Source of the DNA: Nanobdellota archaeon
GTDB taxonomy: Archaea > Nanobdellota > Nanobdellia > CSSed11-243R1
NCBI GenBank assembly: GCA_021162365.1
Contig: JAGGYW010000020.1
Span: 9,154-73,153 of the forward strand
Direction of reading: 5' to 3'
Length of the DNA: 64,000 bases
A model generated the notes under the pieces. The model saw only the letters and a list, made by a program, of their open reading frames with translations, had not been told where the DNA came from and searched no databases. This document shows positions 9,757-19,181 of the stretch, in pieces. Numbering within the stretch: position 1 is the first letter of the stretch; every line of letters starts with the position of its first letter. The translations under genes and the position numbers were made by a program.

Positions 9757-12216
9757 TCAACCACCAAAAAATCCTCCAAGTTTTGTTTGGCGCTTCCCAA
9801 GCAGTTCGTCTTTACTTACACCTATAACTTCAAAAATTCTTTCTACTGCTGGTAACACTTGATTGTTTATATAATACTCGGGGTCATATTCTAACTTTCT
9901 CTCCAAAACTTCTTCTAATATAAATGCTTTGTCGGATATACTACCACTACCTTTAACAATTACATATTTAATTATTTGCCCTGGCTCAAATGTGTATCCT
10001 TTTTCTCTTGCTTTAATTGCTGCAGAAACATGCGGACCTATTGATTCATAATCCTCTATTCTTCTCGTCAACTGTGTGTAGATGGTTACTTCCTCGACTG
10101 GCATGTCTCCTGCTTTTAGCTTCTTAATTGTGTCAAGAACTATGTTGATTGCTTCTTCTTTTGAGCCATCTATCAGAATTGCTCTTAACACTTTCATCTG
10201 GGTGTCTTTTGCAATTTTTGACCAATCTCTTCTTACCCACTCTAACCCTTTTATGGTTAAGTTTCCTAAAGTGTCTGCTAATGCGTATCTTTTTTTTGCT
10301 ATGAAAATGCCCCTTGAGTAAAATCCTTGGAAGTCAAGTTCCATCATTTCTGGGAGGGATGAATTAACCTCTTCTATGAACTTTTCAGCTTCCTCCAAGC
10401 TTTTGTTTTCTAGAGATATAAAAAGCGAATCTGTGTCTGCATACAACACTTTGAACTCTCTTTTTTCAGCTTCATCAATTACTTTTTTGATATAATGTCT
10501 TCCAAGAGCAGTTATGCTTGCGGCACACTCCCAGCAATACCATCTGCTTCGGGCAAACCCAAGATACCCATACATTGCATTTGCAATTGTTTTAATGGCA
10601 TAACTTCTTGCAGATAATATTGTATAATCCTCATCTTCTTTAGTTAGAGTTTTTAAGATTTCTTTAATTCTCACTCTTCTGTTTATTAAATCTTCTAGCA
10701 GCTGTGGGATGAACCCCTTATGTTTCTTGCAGAAGGAATATTTTTTTCCCTCTATCTCTGGGGTGGTATACCCTTCTTTGCAACAATCACAGAAAAGTGT
10801 TGTAGGGCAAATGTTGTACGATACAATTATGCTTGGATAAAGCGAACGAAAGTCATAAACTACCACGTTTTCATAAAGTCCAAGTGCAGGGGAGTGAACA
10901 TATGCACCCTCATACGATCTGCTTAATCTATTTGTTACAAAACTGCCAACCGGTTTTGGTGGGATTAGCTCCTTGAATTCATGTGCATTTTTTGCCAAAA
11001 ACCATTCTACACACTGTCCATAAGTCATTCTGCTGACATCAAACGGGGTCTGCCCAACAATTTTTGTGAGCTCTACTATTAATGCAAATAATTTTTCCAT
11101 GAGCTTAAGTGTTATCTCTGCATCCTTCATAGAATACTCAATCATTTTCTTTAGGTCTTCTCCACCACTATCCCACATTTTAGATATTTCAGTCCAGTGG
11201 AACCCATCCACCTTTGTTTCACCGATTAGCTCGTCTGCGACGGAATTCAAGTCGTAAGTTTCCGTTTTTAATGTTGGACCGAGTATGTTTTTAATAAACA
11301 AGTACAAATCAATATGAGGTATTCCAATAATCTTGGCGGAATGTCCTATGCCTCGTCTGTTAATTTTTAGCTTTGAATTATCTACTCCAAGTGTTAGGTC
11401 AATTTTGTATTTCTTTGCCCTCTCGTTTATATAAGGGAAGTCAAAATTGTCGCTGTTATATCCAACAATTATGTGTGGTTTTTCTTTTTCTATAGTTTCC
11501 ATGAACTTGATTAATACATCCATCTCTGATTCGACGATCTCCGCGTATTCTGAGTTACACCTTTTCCAAGTTATCACTTTATTTGTCCCATAATTTGTGG
11601 CTATCGAAATCATGAGAATGGGGTCTTTACTCGGTCGCGGATTCCCAATCGGATTATATGTCTCTATGTCCACCGCCATTATCTTTACATTCTCCATGAA
11701 CTCACTACTTGTTTCTTCAATATCCTCCGCTTCTAAGATATAATCCGCCTTATACTTTTTTGAGTCAATTCGTTCCCCCTCGCATCTGACCCTTGTAAAC
11801 ATTTTGAATTTCTTATCCATCAAATATCTTTTTTTGATTCCTATGTCTGTTTCCACTACCTCACTGACACCTGGCAGAGTTTTGATTACATCTTTAATGT
11901 GCCGTATGTCAGAGAATTTTTCCACCCACACTTTTAAAGAATTCACTTTTCTTCCAATTAAGTTTAATTCGTACTCCTCAACTTTTATTGGTTTTATCTT
12001 TTCTTCTCCATTGCTTAATTCAAGTTCCTTTAAGATGTTAATTACTTCTTCTTTTTTGTCTTTATCTACTATAACAAAAAAATACGGCCTAAAAGATTTA
12101 TCTACAACAATTACTCTCTCTCCACCTTTTGTATATCCAAATATCACTATTGCTTCGTCCTTTTCGTCGTAATCTACATCAAATGGATAAAATTCAATTA
12201 TTGTTTTCCCCATCAA
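9757..12216 (-). CDS. polB: Family B DNA polymerase (PolB); no intein apparent
   Basis: Exonuclease motifs (VDIETYN), polymerase motif A (DFRSLYPSII) and motif C (YADTDSLF). 819 aa, a normal length for an intein-free archaeal PolB. Confidence 0.9.
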   Translation of the reverse strand: MMGKTIIEFYPFDVDYDEKDEAIVIFGYTKGGERVIVVDKSFRPYFFVIVDKDKKEEVINILKELELSNGEEKIKPIKVEEYELNLIGRKVNSLKVWVEKFSDIRHIKDVIKTLPGVSEVVETDIGIKKRYLMDKKFKMFTRVRCEGERIDSKKYKADYILEAEDIEETSSEFMENVKIMAVDIETYNPIGNPRPSKDPILMISIATNYGTNKVITWKRCNSEYAEIVESEMDVLIKFMETIEKEKPHIIVGYNSDNFDFPYINERAKKYKIDLTLGVDNSKLKINRRGIGHSAKIIGIPHIDLYLFIKNILGPTLKTETYDLNSVADELIGETKVDGFHWTEISKMWDSGGEDLKKMIEYSMKDAEITLKLMEKLFALIVELTKIVGQTPFDVSRMTYGQCVEWFLAKNAHEFKELIPPKPVGSFVTNRLSRSYEGAYVHSPALGLYENVVVYDFRSLYPSIIVSYNICPTTLFCDCCKEGYTTPEIEGKKYSFCKKHKGFIPQLLEDLINRRVRIKEILKTLTKEDEDYTILSARSYAIKTIANAMYGYLGFARSRWYCWECAASITALGRHYIKKVIDEAEKREFKVLYADTDSLFISLENKSLEEAEKFIEEVNSSLPEMMELDFQGFYSRGIFIAKKRYALADTLGNLTIKGLEWVRRDWSKIAKDTQMKVLRAILIDGSKEEAINIVLDTIKKLKAGDMPVEEVTIYTQLTRRIEDYESIGPHVSAAIKAREKGYTFEPGQIIKYVIVKGSGSISDKAFILEEVLERKLEYDPEYYINNQVLPAVERIFEVIGVSKDELLGKRQTKLGGFFGG

Positions 12217-12251
12217 AAGATATTAATCTTGCGAAGTATTTAAACTATCCT

Positions 12252-14225
12252 ATGAAAGACTCATTAACCTTCATAGAAATTATGGTTTTGATTAGGGAAT
12301 TGAAGGAATTAGTTGGGGCAAGAGTTGAGAAAATATATCAGCTAAGTAGAAATGAAGTTGTCTTTTATTTGTATAAAGGAGAGAAAAAGATATTGAAAAT
12401 TGATGTCCCAAAGGTTGTTTGCCTTACAGAGTATAAAAAGGAAAATCCTGAAACACCATCCCATTTTTCTATGTTTTTGAGGAAGCATCTTAACAATGCA
12501 ATTATAGTAGATGTGTTGCAGCCAGATAATGAAAGGATTATAGAAATTAAATTTAGAAAAGGGGAGAAGAATTATAGTTTATTTTGCGAGCTATTCAGTA
12601 AGGGGAACATTATTCTCTGTGATGATAATAAAAAAATATTGATTCCTTTGTTTGCCCAGTCATGGAGAGATAGGGATATTCGTCATGGTGAGACCTATGT
12701 TTTGCCCCCAAAGAGAGTGGAAGTAAATGATCTAGATTTTAGTAAATTTAGTCAACTTCTAATTGATTCTGGTAAGGATGTAGTTAGAAGTTTGGCAACA
12801 ACGCTTAGTGTTGGGGGGACATATGCAGAAGAACTTTGCTATATTTCAAATATTGATAAGCACGCACTACCGCAAGACCTCTCCCAAGAACAGCTTAGAA
12901 TTTTATTTGATAACTTCATCAAATTAATTGAAAGAGCAAAAATAGGAACAATAGAAGCAAACGTTATCTTTGAGATAAACTCTCCCGTAGATGTCCAACC
13001 CTTTTTGCTTGAGATTTATGCAGATAAGAAAAAAAGGATTTTTAATAGTTACAACGAAGCGCTTGATTTTTACTTTGCGAATTATGTCGCCACATCAACA
13101 ACTAAGCAATATTCAGATGCTGTTTTAAAGGAAATCGTTAAGCAAGAAGCAATCCTTAAACAACACGAGAATTACCTAAAAGAATTGCAAGAAAAGTCGG
13201 CGCTATTTAAAGAACAGGCAGATTTTATATACCAACACCTTGGGGAGATAAGTGACTTATTAAAAGTAATTCATGATGCAAAGGAGAAGGGATATTCTTG
13301 GGACGAAATAATTAATAAGATAGAGTGGAAGAAGAGAGAGGGAAATCGCGAGGCGATGTTAATAAAAGAGATACGTCCAACGGATGCAATTATCGTGCTT
13401 AGTAACGGCACGCAGATAGACATGCGCAAAAGCGCGACCGAGAATGGAAATGAGTTGTACGAGAAGTCAAAAAAGCTTGCATCTAAAATTGATGGTGTAA
13501 AGTCAACAATCTCTCTCGTGAAGGAAAAAATACAGCGTTTGAAAGAAAAAGAGGAAACTATAGAAGTTATTGCTCCGAAGAAGATTGAAAGAAGAGAAAG
13601 AGAATGGTACGAGAAATTTTATTGGTTCTTTACAAGTGGGGGTAAATTGGTGATTGCTGGCAAGGATGCCACACAGAATGAGATTCTAATCAAGAAATAT
13701 CTTGAGCAAAATGACATTGTGTTTCATGCGGATGTTTATGGCTCCCCGTTTGTAATAATGAAGGATGGTAAGAATAGCAATGAAGAAGACAAGAGAGAAG
13801 CAGCCATTTTCACCTTGTGTCACTCAAGGGCTTGGAAGAATAAAAGAGTTGAAAGTGTGTATTGGGTGCTTCCTGAGCAGGTTTCAAAGAAGGCACCAAG
13901 TGGGGAGTACATCGGAAGAGGGGCATTCATGATTTATGGCAGGAAGAATTACATTAAAGATGTTGAATTGAGGTTTGGCGTGGGCGTCCAGCTTGATCCA
14001 TTTAGGGTTGTGTCGGGTCCTGTTGAAAATGTCAGAAGAAGGGCAAAATATTACGCTGTTTTAATACCAGGGGATAAGAGCAAGGATGCAATTGCAAAAG
14101 AGGTTAAAACTTATTTACAAAATGTTGCAAGGGAAGAGCATAAACAAATGATTAATAGTATCTCTATAGAAGAAATAAAACAACATGTTTTAGATAGTTC
14201 TAATGTATTTGGTGTGGTAGAATGA
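12252..14225 (+). CDS. NFACT-family protein (Rqc2/NEMF/FbpA homolog; ribosome quality-control factor)
   Basis: N-terminal NFACT-N-like region, central coiled coil, and C-terminal NFACT-R/DUF814-like segment (FHADVYGSPFVIMKDGK). Start moved to ATG 12252 (MKDSL...) because the 12129 start overlaps polB. Confidence 0.65.
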   Translation: MKDSLTFIEIMVLIRELKELVGARVEKIYQLSRNEVVFYLYKGEKKILKIDVPKVVCLTEYKKENPETPSHFSMFLRKHLNNAIIVDVLQPDNERIIEIKFRKGEKNYSLFCELFSKGNIILCDDNKKILIPLFAQSWRDRDIRHGETYVLPPKRVEVNDLDFSKFSQLLIDSGKDVVRSLATTLSVGGTYAEELCYISNIDKHALPQDLSQEQLRILFDNFIKLIERAKIGTIEANVIFEINSPVDVQPFLLEIYADKKKRIFNSYNEALDFYFANYVATSTTKQYSDAVLKEIVKQEAILKQHENYLKELQEKSALFKEQADFIYQHLGEISDLLKVIHDAKEKGYSWDEIINKIEWKKREGNREAMLIKEIRPTDAIIVLSNGTQIDMRKSATENGNELYEKSKKLASKIDGVKSTISLVKEKIQRLKEKEETIEVIAPKKIERREREWYEKFYWFFTSGGKLVIAGKDATQNEILIKKYLEQNDIVFHADVYGSPFVIMKDGKNSNEEDKREAAIFTLCHSRAWKNKRVESVYWVLPEQVSKKAPSGEYIGRGAFMIYGRKNYIKDVELRFGVGVQLDPFRVVSGPVENVRRRAKYYAVLIPGDKSKDAIAKEVKTYLQNVAREEHKQMINSISIEEIKQHVLDSSNVFGVVE

Positions 14226-14620
14226 TGGAAATAACTTTGCCAACTTCGAAGAAGTATGAATTAATTGATATAACTGAAAAGGTTGCTAGGTTTGTTAAAG
14301 ATATTAAAGATGGCATTTGTTTAGTTTATACACCACATGCTACTGCAGGAATAATAATTAACGAAAATTGGGATGAAAGTGTTCAGGATGATTTTATTAA
14401 TTTGCTTAACAAGCTAATCCCAGAAGGAAAGTGGAAGCATGATAAAATTGATGGAAACGGTGCTGCTCACTTAAAGGCTTCAATTGTTGGTCCAAGCGAG
14501 ATGATTCCAGTTAAAGATGGAAAACTTCAGCTTGGAAGGTGGCAAAATATATTCTTCTGCGAGTTTGATGGCCCGCGCAAGGAGAGAAAAATAATTGTAA
14601 AGGTGGTAAAATGCATGTAG
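14222..14620 (+). CDS. yjbQ: YjbQ/UPF0047 family protein (secondary thiamine-phosphate synthase enzyme family)
   Basis: 132 aa with conserved stretches (VYTPHATAGIIINENWDE, DGNGAAHLKASIVGPS, LQLGRWQNIFFCEFDGPR) typical of YjbQ. Confidence 0.7.
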   Translation: MMEITLPTSKKYELIDITEKVARFVKDIKDGICLVYTPHATAGIIINENWDESVQDDFINLLNKLIPEGKWKHDKIDGNGAAHLKASIVGPSEMIPVKDGKLQLGRWQNIFFCEFDGPRKERKIIVKVVKCM

Positions 14621-15291
14621 GAATTATAATGGATGGCAACAGAAGATATGCGAAGATGAAGAAACTTTTTCCAAGATTTAGAGGGCATCTTGAAGGGAAA
14701 AAAGCATTAGAAACTCTTTTGAAGGCATGGATTAAGATGAAGGAACCAAAATATCTTACCCTATATGCCTTCTCACTTTATAACTTTAAGAATAGAAGTT
14801 CTCTAGAAAAGAAGTTTATATTCGCTCTTTTAAAAAAGGGATTTATGGAGCTACTTAAGTATGAGGATGTATTCAAGCGTGAAGTCAGAATTAATTTCAT
14901 AGGTGATACCACTAAATGTCCTAAGAGCTTGCTAAATGTTATAGATGAGGTTATTGAAAAAACAAAGAATCACAAAAAGAAGTTTCTCACATTTGCAATT
15001 TGTTATGATGGTCAGCAGGAAATAGTTGATGCAGTTAACGAGATTCTAACCTCCAAAGGGAAGAAGGTGACAGTGAATAACTTCAAAAAGTATCTTTATA
15101 CAAGGGAGTTGCCCCCAGTTGATTTGATAGTTCGCACTGGAGGGGAGAAGAGGTTATCGGGATTTTTACTTTGGGATACATCGTATGCGGAGTTAATCTT
15201 TAGAGAAGAAACTTGGCCAGAGTACAATGTTACCATGTTGAAACAGGACATTTCTGAATTCAGAAGAAGAAAGAGAAGATTCGGAAAGTAA
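14611..15291 (+). CDS. uppS: Undecaprenyl/dolichyl-type cis-prenyl diphosphate synthase (UPP synthase family)
   Basis: HVGIIMDGNRRYA matches the UppS signature (GIIMDGNRRWA). Conserved C-terminal RTGGEKRLSGFLLW motif. Confidence 0.85.
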   Translation: MHVGIIMDGNRRYAKMKKLFPRFRGHLEGKKALETLLKAWIKMKEPKYLTLYAFSLYNFKNRSSLEKKFIFALLKKGFMELLKYEDVFKREVRINFIGDTTKCPKSLLNVIDEVIEKTKNHKKKFLTFAICYDGQQEIVDAVNEILTSKGKKVTVNNFKKYLYTRELPPVDLIVRTGGEKRLSGFLLWDTSYAELIFREETWPEYNVTMLKQDISEFRRRKRRFGK

Positions 15292-15319
15292 TAAAAATGC
15301 GTAGATTTTTGGTGTTAGT

Positions 15320-16333
15320 ATGGAATTAATTGATAAGTTTAATCTTGTAAAGCAAAACACAGTTGAGATTTTGACAGAAGATGAATTAAAAGAATTATTG
15401 GAGTCAAAAAAGAATCCAACAGCTTATTGGGGGATTGCCCCCACAGGACCAGTTCATATGGGTTACTTGGCTACGATGGGTAAAATTTTTGACTTTATGA
15501 AAGCAGGAATAAAAACAAAAATATTAATTGCTGATATTCATGCTGCCTTAGATGACTTAAAAGCACCTTGGGGAGAAATAGAAAAAAGAAGAGAGTATGT
15601 TAAAAAATGCCTTGAGCTTGCAATTCCTTGGGAGAAAAAACCAGAATTTGTTTTTGGCTCCGATTATGAGTTATCAAGAGAATACCAGGCAGATGTTTTA
15701 AAGATGGCTTCGATAACAACCGTAAAAAGAGCTATGCGTGCTGCTTCTGAAGTAACCCGTATGAAAAACCCAAAGGTTTCGGAGTTAATTTACCCAATTA
15801 TGCAGTCTCTCGATGAAGAATACCTTGGGGTAGATATACAACTTGGTGGAATAGATCAAAGGCATATTCTTGCTTTTGCAAGGGAGTACCTCCCAAAGCT
15901 TGGATATAAAGCAAGGGTTGAAGTGATGACCCCTTTGATTGTAAGCTTAAAAGGTCCAGGAGTTAAAATGAGTGCATCTATCCCTGAAACAAGTATCAAG
16001 GTTCATGATTCAGAAGAGGCGATTAGGGAAAAAATAAAGAAGGCATATTGCCCAGCAGGTGAGGTGAAGGATAATCCTATTTTGCAGCTTTTCAAATATG
16101 TTGTTTTCCCAATTAGGGGGAGCGTCACAATTGAGCGTCCGGAGAAATTTGGCGGGAACGTCAGTTTTGAATTTTATGAAGATTTAGAGAGGATGTTTAA
16201 GGAAAAAGAATTGCATCCACTTGATGTAAAAGCCGCACTCACGAATGAGTTAGTTGAGATATTTTCTAAGGTTAGAAACTACTTTGAAAAACACAAAGAT
16301 GAATTAAAGGAACTAGGCGAACAGTTTGTATAA
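15320..16333 (+). CDS. tyrS: Tyrosyl-tRNA synthetase, archaeal type
   Basis: HIGH-like motif (PTGPVHMGY) and KMSAS (KMSKS) motif. Strong resemblance to archaeal TyrRS (KKAYCPAG, RPEKFGG, KELHP segments). Confidence 0.8.
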   Translation: MELIDKFNLVKQNTVEILTEDELKELLESKKNPTAYWGIAPTGPVHMGYLATMGKIFDFMKAGIKTKILIADIHAALDDLKAPWGEIEKRREYVKKCLELAIPWEKKPEFVFGSDYELSREYQADVLKMASITTVKRAMRAASEVTRMKNPKVSELIYPIMQSLDEEYLGVDIQLGGIDQRHILAFAREYLPKLGYKARVEVMTPLIVSLKGPGVKMSASIPETSIKVHDSEEAIREKIKKAYCPAGEVKDNPILQLFKYVVFPIRGSVTIERPEKFGGNVSFEFYEDLERMFKEKELHPLDVKAALTNELVEIFSKVRNYFEKHKDELKELGEQFV

Positions 16334-16348
16334 TGTTTTTTAATAAAT

Positions 16349-16400
16349 CTTCTTTCTTTTAGTGCAGGTTTTCTTTCTTTTTAAGAAAGAAAAAGTGCTA
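16349..16400. terminator. T-rich tract plus about 11-bp hairpin (TTTTCTTTCTTT/AAGAAAGAAAAA) between convergent tyrS and the helicase gene; candidate bidirectional terminator; copy A of a repeated ~47-nt element
   Basis: Perfect inverted repeat flanked by oligo-T tracts, located between two gene 3' ends. A near-identical copy lies at 56111-56158. Confidence 0.45.
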
Positions 16401-19166
16401 CCAGAAAATCCTCGTTTCTATGAATTGTTTCTCAGCTTTTATTATATCCTTTATTAAAGCATCTTCATCTTCATGGAACCTATTTAGGATTCTTTTTCCT
16501 ACTTTTGGGCCAATTCCATATCCAGAAAGAACAAATACTGCTTTCCACCCATAGTTAATAAACATCTCTGCTGTTTCTTCAAACTTGGTGAGGAATCTTA
16601 TCTCTTCTTGTTTAAGTTTTTGTTTTGATATATACCTCTTAAGAATATTTTTTGCGAGTTCGCTTTCTTTAAAAGGCACAAACCCAATTAATTTTGCTCC
16701 ACATTTTGGACACTTTAGTTCCTTAGGTAAGTTTCTTACGGAGAAAACACCAATTGACTCGCCACAATTTAGGCATCCAAACCAAAACTTCCTGCTCAAG
16801 AGACGTTCTTTTACTAAGGTATATACTTCTTTTATTTTTCCCTTTGGTTTTATGAGGTGAGTGGTATACCTTAATCCTTCAACGCCAAGCGGAGAAATTT
16901 CATAATTAGGAGAGTTAATTATCTCTATCTCCCCATTTTTTATTTTCTTTAGTATGTCAACTGCATTCTTGACGTCAAGTTTTTCTCTTAGTATTTCTTT
17001 CACAGCTTCTAAGTAGATGAAGGTGTTGTTGTAAACGTTTGTCAGCCGTGATACAACATATTGGGAAAATTCTGCATCTTTGCTTACCACGCCGAAGCGT
17101 TTGGCCACCTGATAAAATCTAAATAAAAACACAGATGTATTCTTTAAGGATTTTATTATTATATCATCTACCCATTCGGGTTGTGTCTCCTTTATCGCTT
17201 CAAATATTTGCTCTTGCCCAATTATTTCTGGCATCTTAAATATCAATCTGTATGCATCATTATGCACTCCTATGGATGTCCCGACTTTGGAGGCAAGCAT
17301 AGCACCAATTGCTTTCGATAATGTTTGATTTACTTTGCTACCAAAGCATGAGTGGACAATCGTATAGTCCTCATACGACTCAATAAACATTTTCTTGCTT
17401 GTTGGGATGACAAATTCTTCTTTTTGTTTTTTAAGCTCGCCCAGCGTAAATTCTTCTCTCAAATCACCCGCAAGCTTTGCAATCTCCATAGGGACAGGTA
17501 TTAACTCCCCTTCCCAACTTGGTATTGCACCTTCACCCTCTTCGCTGGATACTACAATGACTTTGTCCTCTTCAACATCTACTACTCTCCATACCTCCCC
17601 TTTCATTATGAATTGAGCTCCTCTTTTTACATGCTCTGCTACAAATCCTTGATGAAGTATCCCAATCACTTTGTTGAGGTCCGATGCAAACACTTTATAA
17701 TCCTTCTCGTGAGGGATCATGGATAAATTTTCAAAGTAGTAAAGTAGCCCCTTTCTTGTTCGATATATTCCATTCTCCTTTTCCCCAATTAGTCGTATAT
17801 CCTTCATTAGGTCAATCATTGCTTCTATCTCTTTCATTGTTAAATCTCTATAAGGGTATGCTTTTGATACAATTGAAAATATATCCTCTTTTGTAGGTGT
17901 TTTTTCCTCATTTTGGAAATCCATACATATTCCAACAATTTGGTGGGCTAAGACATCAAATGGCTTCTCAGGAATTGTAGGCTCCTCAAGCCACCCTTCT
18001 CTTATCTTCTTCACAATTGCAAGCGACTCTAAGTAATCATCTATTGTATTACAAATAATCTCTCCTTTAGAGATTCTACCAACTCCATGACCGCTTCTTC
18101 CAACCCGTTGAATCAACTTTGTTGCCTGCCTTGGGGATCCATATTGAATAACCAAATCCACACTTCCAATATCTATCCCAAGCTCTAAAGAGGATGTGGA
18201 TATAATTGCTTTTAGTTCACCATTTTTGAATTTTTTTTCAACATCTAATCTAACATCTTTTGAAAGGGAAGAATGATGAACGGCAATTTTGGCATCAGGC
18301 TGCCATGTTTTAAATTTAACTCCCAAAGATTCAGCTGTTTCTCTTGTGTTCACAAAAATAATTGTCGACCTACTTTTCTTTATTAAATCATCCATTTTCC
18401 TCAGGCAGTATGCTATGTTTGGAGTAGTCCCAAGCTCTTTTGCAAGGGAAAAATCTTCTATTGTTGGCTTAGGGTAATCTACGTTGAATTCGTATTTCTT
18501 TTCAGAGCGCGCATCAATGATTTCACATTCTTTATTTGTTAGAAATTTAGCTATCCTCTTTGGGTCTCCTATTGTTGCAGACAGCCCGATTCGTTGAAAC
18601 TCTCGTTTGCATAACAATCTTAGTCTTTCTAATGCAAGTGTAAGCTGCGCTCCTCTCTTGTTTTCGCAGAGCTCATGTATTTCATCAATAATTACATATT
18701 CTACATTTTTTAGAAGCTCTCTAAACCGTTTGCCAATTAGTATCGCCTGAAGAGTTTCTGGCGTAGAAATTAGAACATCCGCCGGGTCAACAAGTTGTTG
18801 TGCTCTTTCCTTTTTTGTGGTGTCCCCATGCCTTAAATCTACTTCCAACCCAATATAACTTGCAAGTTTTATTATTCTATCAAGGATATCCCTATTTAGG
18901 CTTTTTAATGGAGTAATATACAACAATCTTATTCCTTTTTTGTTCTTGTTTTCAATAAGTTTGTTGAATATTGGTAAAATTGCCGCTAAAGTTTTGCCAT
19001 GTCCTGTTGGAGCAATGATTAATATATCCTTCCCCTTTGATATGTTTGGAATGGCTAATTTTTGAGGGAGAGTGCTATCTAAGTAACCTTGTTTTTTAAG
19101 CCATTCTTGTATTTTTGGAGTAAGTACTTCAAACGACATATTACCACTATTTTTTAAAGTTTGCAC
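16398..19166 (-). CDS. lhr: Lhr-type superfamily-2 ATP-dependent helicase with C-terminal zinc ribbon
   Basis: Walker A (APTGHGKT) and DEIHE (DEAH) box. Lhr-like N-terminus (LTPKIQEWLKKQGY...LPQKLAIPNISKGKDILIIAPTGHGKTLAAILP...LYITPLKSLNRD). 922 aa. C-terminal CLNCGESIG...CPKCGAKL. Confidence 0.8.
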   Translation of the reverse strand: MQTLKNSGNMSFEVLTPKIQEWLKKQGYLDSTLPQKLAIPNISKGKDILIIAPTGHGKTLAAILPIFNKLIENKNKKGIRLLYITPLKSLNRDILDRIIKLASYIGLEVDLRHGDTTKKERAQQLVDPADVLISTPETLQAILIGKRFRELLKNVEYVIIDEIHELCENKRGAQLTLALERLRLLCKREFQRIGLSATIGDPKRIAKFLTNKECEIIDARSEKKYEFNVDYPKPTIEDFSLAKELGTTPNIAYCLRKMDDLIKKSRSTIIFVNTRETAESLGVKFKTWQPDAKIAVHHSSLSKDVRLDVEKKFKNGELKAIISTSSLELGIDIGSVDLVIQYGSPRQATKLIQRVGRSGHGVGRISKGEIICNTIDDYLESLAIVKKIREGWLEEPTIPEKPFDVLAHQIVGICMDFQNEEKTPTKEDIFSIVSKAYPYRDLTMKEIEAMIDLMKDIRLIGEKENGIYRTRKGLLYYFENLSMIPHEKDYKVFASDLNKVIGILHQGFVAEHVKRGAQFIMKGEVWRVVDVEEDKVIVVSSEEGEGAIPSWEGELIPVPMEIAKLAGDLREEFTLGELKKQKEEFVIPTSKKMFIESYEDYTIVHSCFGSKVNQTLSKAIGAMLASKVGTSIGVHNDAYRLIFKMPEIIGQEQIFEAIKETQPEWVDDIIIKSLKNTSVFLFRFYQVAKRFGVVSKDAEFSQYVVSRLTNVYNNTFIYLEAVKEILREKLDVKNAVDILKKIKNGEIEIINSPNYEISPLGVEGLRYTTHLIKPKGKIKEVYTLVKERLLSRKFWFGCLNCGESIGVFSVRNLPKELKCPKCGAKLIGFVPFKESELAKNILKRYISKQKLKQEEIRFLTKFEETAEMFINYGWKAVFVLSGYGIGPKVGKRILNRFHEDEDALIKDIIKAEKQFIETRIFW

Positions 19167-19181
19167 AGATTATATTTTACT

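Noticed and set aside
9757-12216. Intein in PolB
   Set aside because: Length (819 aa) and continuous motif spacing fit an intein-free family B polymerase. No Hint/LAGLIDADG block interrupts the polymerase motifs.
12129-12251. Upstream start for the NFACT gene
   Set aside because: It would overlap the 5' end of polB on the opposite strand by about 90 nt. The ATG at 12252 (MKDSLTF...) gives a sensible N-terminus.
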